IMG/VR virus record: IMGVR_UViG_3300036770_008700
Coordinates: 1-64,000 of that record
Source: a virus
Reading direction: 5' to 3' (one strand)
DNA: 64,000 nucleotides
Shown here: positions 58,761 to 64,000 of the stretch, one piece after another
How positions within the stretch are numbered: the stretch's first letter is position 1
How the letters are laid out: each line of letters opens with the position of its first letter
Translations under genes and position numbers: made by a program
Notes under the pieces: model-generated
What the model was told of the DNA's origin: nothing
Databases searched by the model: none
Seen by the model: the letters and a program-made list of their open reading frames with translations, nothing else

Positions 58761-58833
58761 AGTGTCTTAGACCTATTCCATATATAGTGATTTATACAAA
58801 TCAGAATAGATTGTGGAGGGAACGTTTTGCAAA

Positions 58834-59910
58834 CTATTGGAAAATGAGGCTGAACATGTTTATGAATTTATCGTTACCTGTAGCGTCTGTTAAAACTTTA
58901 CCAACAAAGTAAACATGAATTTTTGTTGTGGCTGTTACAAGGTCTGGATTTAAAGGCGTCGGTATAGCATCTGGAAACAATGGAAGTAATGGTGAGTTGT
59001 TGGCTACGCTAAACACACCAAAGTCAACAACGTCCAGCTTTGTTACTTTACCGTTTGCCATCTCAAACATTTGTCCAACAATTCTGTTGGTGATTGTTGT
59101 TTCACTAAATCCAATTGTTGTGCGTTGTAGTTGAACACGCTCTTGAACTGTACCATTCGCAACAACAATGTTGTTAAACTCGTTCTTTAAATCACTGAAT
59201 GTTAAGATCTGACGGTTACCGTTAATGGCACCTGCATAGTTTCCTATAGGTTGTGTAGCTGCGCTAGCACCATCTGCTCTATTAACAGGAGGCAAATAGG
59301 AAAAGTTGTCTATGTGAGATAACCTGCGGTCAAAGAAAAGGTTTTCTGTACCCTCTAAATTACCAACTGTTACACCTCCAGCTAATATAGAGTTGTTTGT
59401 TATATGGTAGGTTACCGAACTAGTGGTAACGATAAACTCATCACGATTGGTATAAAGCAAGTCAGGACTTTTCAATATCATTAACTTGCGAAAGTTGTTG
59501 GTGTTGTCTCCAAGAACCGTTGATGCAACAGAAGCAAAAGTCGCAGAACTTGATAGAATCTCTGGCGTGCCATTCTCCCAGCCCTTAACAAGTTGTCCAC
59601 CTATAACACGAACTGTACCTTGAGAGCTTGTAAAATAGTTGTTGTTGCCGGAAACTCTTAAACCACCACTATCATCTGCTTCAAAGGTAATTTGATCTTG
59701 TGGAAGTGGAAAAGCTTCAAAGGTTAAAATGGTTCTTATGCTGGAATCTGGAACTGTACCTGTGACGTATGTATCTAATGATGAATACACAGCACTAGAA
59801 TCACCAAACGAATAAAATGCTGGGATAAACTGACCTGTTCCTAGTTGTCTTCTACCTTCATCTGTGATGATGGTATCTAAGATTCTTGTTTTGTTGTCAA
59901 TAAGTCCCAT
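58834..59910 (-). CDS. virion structural protein
   Basis: MGLIDNKTRILDTIITDEGRRQL...FGD, paralogous to the N-terminus of 50062..50772. Confidence 0.6.
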   Translation of the reverse strand: MGLIDNKTRILDTIITDEGRRQLGTGQFIPAFYSFGDSSAVYSSLDTYVTGTVPDSSIRTILTFEAFPLPQDQITFEADDSGGLRVSGNNNYFTSSQGTVRVIGGQLVKGWENGTPEILSSSATFASVASTVLGDNTNNFRKLMILKSPDLLYTNRDEFIVTTSSVTYHITNNSILAGGVTVGNLEGTENLFFDRRLSHIDNFSYLPPVNRADGASAATQPIGNYAGAINGNRQILTFSDLKNEFNNIVVANGTVQERVQLQRTTIGFSETTITNRIVGQMFEMANGKVTKLDVVDFGVFSVANNSPLLPLFPDAIPTPLNPDLVTATTKIHVYFVGKVLTDATGNDKFINMFSLIFQ

Positions 59911-59911
59911 T

Positions 59912-61138
59912 TTATGTTCCTACTCTTGGATCATCGTCATGCCACGGTTGAGATGCACGATATTCCTTATCGAATATACCTGATCCATATGGATTAACTG
60001 TGTAAGCTGCTGTAACATTTGTAGATTGATATATTGATGCTGTAAGATAGTTGTTGCTTTCGCCGGATAAAGCACTTCCAGAGATGAAGTTTATACCTCC
60101 ATCTGTATCCATTGGTCCACCGATTTCTTTGTTGTTATATGTTTTTGTGTATGGCCTACCTTCAAGCATGTCTCTTGGTTGACCATAATGGTTTTGACGA
60201 AACACACAAGAAAAGTTGGTTGGAACACCGTTGTACAACCCATACTTCCAGCCTTCACAGTCTACTGTATAAGAAAGTTGATAGGAATAGTTTTCATATG
60301 TACCAAGCGTTGAAGGCGCAGGAACAATTAAATCTACATAACTAGGCTTGATACCATAAACTAGTTTTCTGCCGAAATTATTCGTCATTGATCCGAAAAA
60401 TAAGCCATAGGAATATTCATGCCAATCTTCTGGGAACAAAGGGTCAGTATATCCAGGGTCATAGTAACCAGGAATGTCCAGAAGGAGATCTAAGCTTTTT
60501 GTATATGGCGAGACTGTATCAATATATGCACTTCCAACTATGATACTCCTTTTGTTGAATGAAATATTTTGATTAGCAACTGTTTGAAATATGTTCTCAA
60601 ATGAATAGTCTACTTCATAATAGTCAACTGTCAATTCGTATGTGTCACGATCAACACTTCTTGGTACGTAATTGTATTTCTTCTCAAACGGATATGAATT
60701 AATCCATTCATAATTGCTAACAACACCGCTATCACTTCCAGTAATAGCTGGAAAAGAGCTAGTTGCGAATAAAATCCACAAAAAATCTACACCGGCCCCA
60801 GCAAAGTCTCGATCTACAGCTGGTTTACCTGCGCCATATGTGCCTGTTGCATGCAAACTGATGACATCAGGAACAAAACTATCTTCTATTTGTTGTGTGC
60901 TGCTTGCGATTCGCAAGTATCGAACTTCGCCGGACTTATAGAAAGGATGTGTCCGCTGGTATACGAAATCGCTTGCAACAGTCGCAGCTTTAAATTCTTC
61001 CGAACCACTTACAACACTCCCAGAAACTGCTCTAAGCCATGTTGTATCACCCATTTTTGGTTTTGGTGGACCAACAAGAATATTATCTGAGTAGCTTTTA
61101 TAGTAAGAGAATCTATTTTCTACGTCGTAGATTGGCAT
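59912..61138 (-). CDS. putative virion protein
   Basis: Ser/Gly/Tyr-rich; GWKYGLYNG...FRQNHYGQPRDMLEGR. Confidence 0.55.
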   Translation of the reverse strand: MPIYDVENRFSYYKSYSDNILVGPPKPKMGDTTWLRAVSGSVVSGSEEFKAATVASDFVYQRTHPFYKSGEVRYLRIASSTQQIEDSFVPDVISLHATGTYGAGKPAVDRDFAGAGVDFLWILFATSSFPAITGSDSGVVSNYEWINSYPFEKKYNYVPRSVDRDTYELTVDYYEVDYSFENIFQTVANQNISFNKRSIIVGSAYIDTVSPYTKSLDLLLDIPGYYDPGYTDPLFPEDWHEYSYGLFFGSMTNNFGRKLVYGIKPSYVDLIVPAPSTLGTYENYSYQLSYTVDCEGWKYGLYNGVPTNFSCVFRQNHYGQPRDMLEGRPYTKTYNNKEIGGPMDTDGGINFISGSALSGESNNYLTASIYQSTNVTAAYTVNPYGSGIFDKEYRASQPWHDDDPRVGT

Positions 61139-61146
61139 GATAGTAA

Positions 61147-63423
61147 CTATTCTCCAATCACTTCATGAACGCTGTTTGAAGAAAGAAGCTGATTTAATGT
61201 ATCATGATATTCTTCAAGTTGATTTGTTTCTGGATTAAGTCTTAATGTTGATCCGTAAAGAATGATTTTGTTGACACCAGTTGTGAGAAAACTTAAACTG
61301 TTACTGCTTATAGCATTATCATTATCCCAAGGTAGTTGAAATCCGAATGTGAGCTTATCTGTTGGTAGCAATATATAAGGATTGGGTTTTGTATATACGT
61401 TGTTGATTGCGATGGGATTATCATAGTTATTTATGAAATACGAGCCGTTGCCTATGATATTTGGTGAACTAAATGTGCTAACCCAATCCCGACCGTTCGC
61501 TGGTTCAATTTGATTTCTACCTGATAGATTAAGTGTTGGAATGACATATCTGCTGTTTGGGAACGAGATAGTAGAGCCAGAAAAAATATAAGCAACGCCT
61601 TCTTCAAAAGCTACAGAGGATTTAACAGAAGAACTCATTATCCACTGGCCATTAAAAAATGTTCCATTATCATTCGGAATTATAAGTTCTCTTTTTAAGT
61701 ATCCTGCACTGTCTCCAGAGGCTGAGAGAGCCATTTGAATGATATCAACCACATCATTTATGGTTGATGTTGTCAATGACGACGTAGTAAAAGTGGAAGG
61801 AGCACTGGAGCCACCAAATTGATACTGTATATTTTGAGGAAGAGAAGGCTTGTTTTGCAAATAAGGTCTTTGGTTTAAAAGAAAAAATGTCCAAATAGCT
61901 GGAGAAAACGGCGATTTACCTGGTAAATAGATTGAACTGCTTATTTCTAAGCATATTTTTTCCAACATGAATGGTTCAGACAAATAATCACTCATGTTTA
62001 TTTGCTGTGAACTGGTTGCTTGGAATTTTGGATGATATGGAAAACCAAAATTGCTGATCTGCCTACCATACAAATTGTATTGCTGCGGTAAACCCGATAC
62101 AACGCCACCATAATCAATCGAACTATGAAAACCAAAAGTTTGCTCATCTAAAGAATTCTTTAAACCGTTTAAATCTCCCGAGTAACTATCAATACCTTTC
62201 CCTGTTCCTATGCCCTCATAAAGCTTTGTGTTAGGATTCCAATATCCCATTGGATAACTTCCAACACTTGCGCTCTTGTAAAGAGTAAATGTTTGTTCTG
62301 CGGCTGGAGTTATATCAATCTCTATTCTATTCTTGCTCCAAAGAGGCTGTTGAAATCCTAAACCTGTTGTTTCAACCAAGCTACCTGTTGCAAAAAACTG
62401 ATAATTCGAACTTGTTACGTTCGATATTTTTGCATCAACTTCTGGATTTGCAAAGTCTTGAAAAGGTTCTATGTCTTGTCCTGGTGTAAACGTAACAAAC
62501 GTATCAGATACGTCTTTCTTCATACTCCCAGAAGCTACAATAGGTCGATTAAAGATCTCAGAACCAGAGAAGTATGGCTGTTTGTATAAGTCATTCTTAG
62601 CTTCTTCTGATAGTCCTGCATCAATAGCTTGAGGAGTCATAACAAGGGGATAAACAATACCCTTTACATCAACACTTGCAGTTGTTGGACCAAAACCCAT
62701 GTACTGCAAAGTTATAATGCCATTTACAGTTGAACTGCCAGTAACTTGAATTGATGTGTTTGTACTACCACTTAAACTAGAAGATATATCAGCTAGATTA
62801 CTGTTCGTCGAATCATAAAACGTCACATAATTGTTTGTTGGTATCGTTCCAAAATCTGAAAACGTAACGTATGCGTTATTGGTATCTTTAAATTGAACAT
62901 TTTGATTAACGACCAATGAGTATTGGTCGGTATATCTTGGAGAACGAAGTACGTTTACCGGTGTTCCTGCGGTTGACTGATAAATCGCACGATATGCAAA
63001 GGTTCCTTCGAACGGTGCAGAAAAATTAACGTATGACCCAGTAACAGTTTGATCCTTTATGAAAGCATTTACAGTTGGTGTGTTAGGATTGCTTGTTAAT
63101 TCTGTGATAACAACTGTGGGTAAACCAACAAAAGGATTGTCAAAAACAATACTATAAGACGAGGATGGATATCCCAGAGAACCAACAGTTACAACCTTCT
63201 CTTCATAGTCTGGATAAGTTGTAACAAAAATTCCAGCATCTGTAACAGGTTGATTGAATCGTATAACCTTGTCATCATTAAAGAAAACAGGATAACGACC
63301 TGTACGGTTATCACTTGATGTTCTCCATACTGTTGGAAAGCTACCTGTTGCATCTTGTCTTTGTGACAATAATACTTTGGAAGGTAATCCTCTCGCTCTT
63401 GTTCCTTTAAGAGTTCTTGCCAT
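61147..63423 (-). CDS. putative tail/virion protein
   Basis: 758-aa S/T/G-rich ORF with the TGS/SGS motifs seen across this module. Confidence 0.55.
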   Translation of the reverse strand: MARTLKGTRARGLPSKVLLSQRQDATGSFPTVWRTSSDNRTGRYPVFFNDDKVIRFNQPVTDAGIFVTTYPDYEEKVVTVGSLGYPSSSYSIVFDNPFVGLPTVVITELTSNPNTPTVNAFIKDQTVTGSYVNFSAPFEGTFAYRAIYQSTAGTPVNVLRSPRYTDQYSLVVNQNVQFKDTNNAYVTFSDFGTIPTNNYVTFYDSTNSNLADISSSLSGSTNTSIQVTGSSTVNGIITLQYMGFGPTTASVDVKGIVYPLVMTPQAIDAGLSEEAKNDLYKQPYFSGSEIFNRPIVASGSMKKDVSDTFVTFTPGQDIEPFQDFANPEVDAKISNVTSSNYQFFATGSLVETTGLGFQQPLWSKNRIEIDITPAAEQTFTLYKSASVGSYPMGYWNPNTKLYEGIGTGKGIDSYSGDLNGLKNSLDEQTFGFHSSIDYGGVVSGLPQQYNLYGRQISNFGFPYHPKFQATSSQQINMSDYLSEPFMLEKICLEISSSIYLPGKSPFSPAIWTFFLLNQRPYLQNKPSLPQNIQYQFGGSSAPSTFTTSSLTTSTINDVVDIIQMALSASGDSAGYLKRELIIPNDNGTFFNGQWIMSSSVKSSVAFEEGVAYIFSGSTISFPNSRYVIPTLNLSGRNQIEPANGRDWVSTFSSPNIIGNGSYFINNYDNPIAINNVYTKPNPYILLPTDKLTFGFQLPWDNDNAISSNSLSFLTTGVNKIILYGSTLRLNPETNQLEEYHDTLNQLLSSNSVHEVIGE

Positions 63424-63431
63424 GTTGTTAG

Positions 63432-63977
63432 TTATGCTCCACGATAATATCCACCAAATGCAACAGAATCCGTGCCATACAAAGCAACGTTACCATATGT
63501 GAATCCTGCTGTTGCACTTTTTTGATCTCTGGTTTGTAAGTTTGAATCACTTAAGCTATAATTTTCACTAAAAAATGGTTGTATAATGGAACCAACAACT
63601 TCACCGCTTAAATTAACAACACTGGAAGTAACTTGAACACTCAATAAATCGGTTGTGTTTGTTAGTTCTGGAAAGAATGCACCATTAGGTTGATCAACCC
63701 AAGGTTCCATTTTTGGCTGAACTGTTTGATCCATAACGGCGTTAGGTCTTGTATCAATCACTCCAACAACACTGCCATTGCTAGCTGTAACAAGTATGTA
63801 TCCAGCACCATATTCCAAAAACGAACGAACCATTTTAGGTTCTTCACGATAAACCATTTGCTCAACAATATCGGTACCGAATCTACGTTCATCACCAACG
63901 TTACCAGCTTCTAGAAAAGCATAGACACCACGGATTTGCTCTTGTGGACTTTCGTTGGTTGCAAGACGAAAAGGCAT
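63432..63977 (-). CDS. putative virion protein (may extend beyond the window)
   Basis: Ends SATAGFTY...GTDSVAFGG; frame appears open to the window edge. Confidence 0.55.
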   Translation of the reverse strand: MPFRLATNESPQEQIRGVYAFLEAGNVGDERRFGTDIVEQMVYREEPKMVRSFLEYGAGYILVTASNGSVVGVIDTRPNAVMDQTVQPKMEPWVDQPNGAFFPELTNTTDLLSVQVTSSVVNLSGEVVGSIIQPFFSENYSLSDSNLQTRDQKSATAGFTYGNVALYGTDSVAFGGYYRGA

Positions 63978-64000
63978 AGGAAACGGTTCTATAATCGATT

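Noticed and set aside
1-64000. Complete DGR cassette within the window
   Set aside because: I recognised no reverse transcriptase ORF and found no A-rich template copy of the variable loop; all copies of the loop flank that I found lie inside coding genes.
1-64000. Stop-codon reassignment
   Set aside because: Long genes are intact and tightly packed under the standard code, and TAA, TAG and TGA all act as stops.

Overview
AT-rich 64-kb segment of a large (jumbo-type) tailed phage genome, standard genetic code. I saw no tRNA, rRNA or CRISPR array. Layout: (i) 2.4-7.4 kb, DNA polymerase III alpha (dnaE) fractured into two genes by a naturally split intein, with a free-standing endonuclease between the halves. 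(ii) 0.2-14.7 kb plus outliers at 37 and 43 kb, about 13 diverse proteins (ADP-ribosyltransferase-like, GNAT-like, Nudix, kinase-like, ParB-like) sharing an N-terminal 'MKLxxILFE' leader that resembles a capsid-targeting, prohead-protease-cleaved signal. (iii) 15.6-34 kb, an early region with repeated sigma70-like, mostly leaderless promoters, a RadA/Sms ATPase, a DEDDh exonuclease, an amidoligase and an iteron-like 10-bp array. (iv) About 29 paralogues of one ~100-aa beta-rich 'GKLY...KVLTxxGxxGW' protein. Its youngest subfamily carries a hypervariable loop written almost entirely in NNC codons, a DGR-like signature, although no reverse transcriptase or template is in this window. (v) Homing endonuclease cassettes that left orphan duplicated fragments of the ferritin-like and ruvC genes. 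(vi) 45-64 kb, a minus-strand virion structural (baseplate/tail-like) module. All functional calls come from motif recognition by eye; no searches were run.
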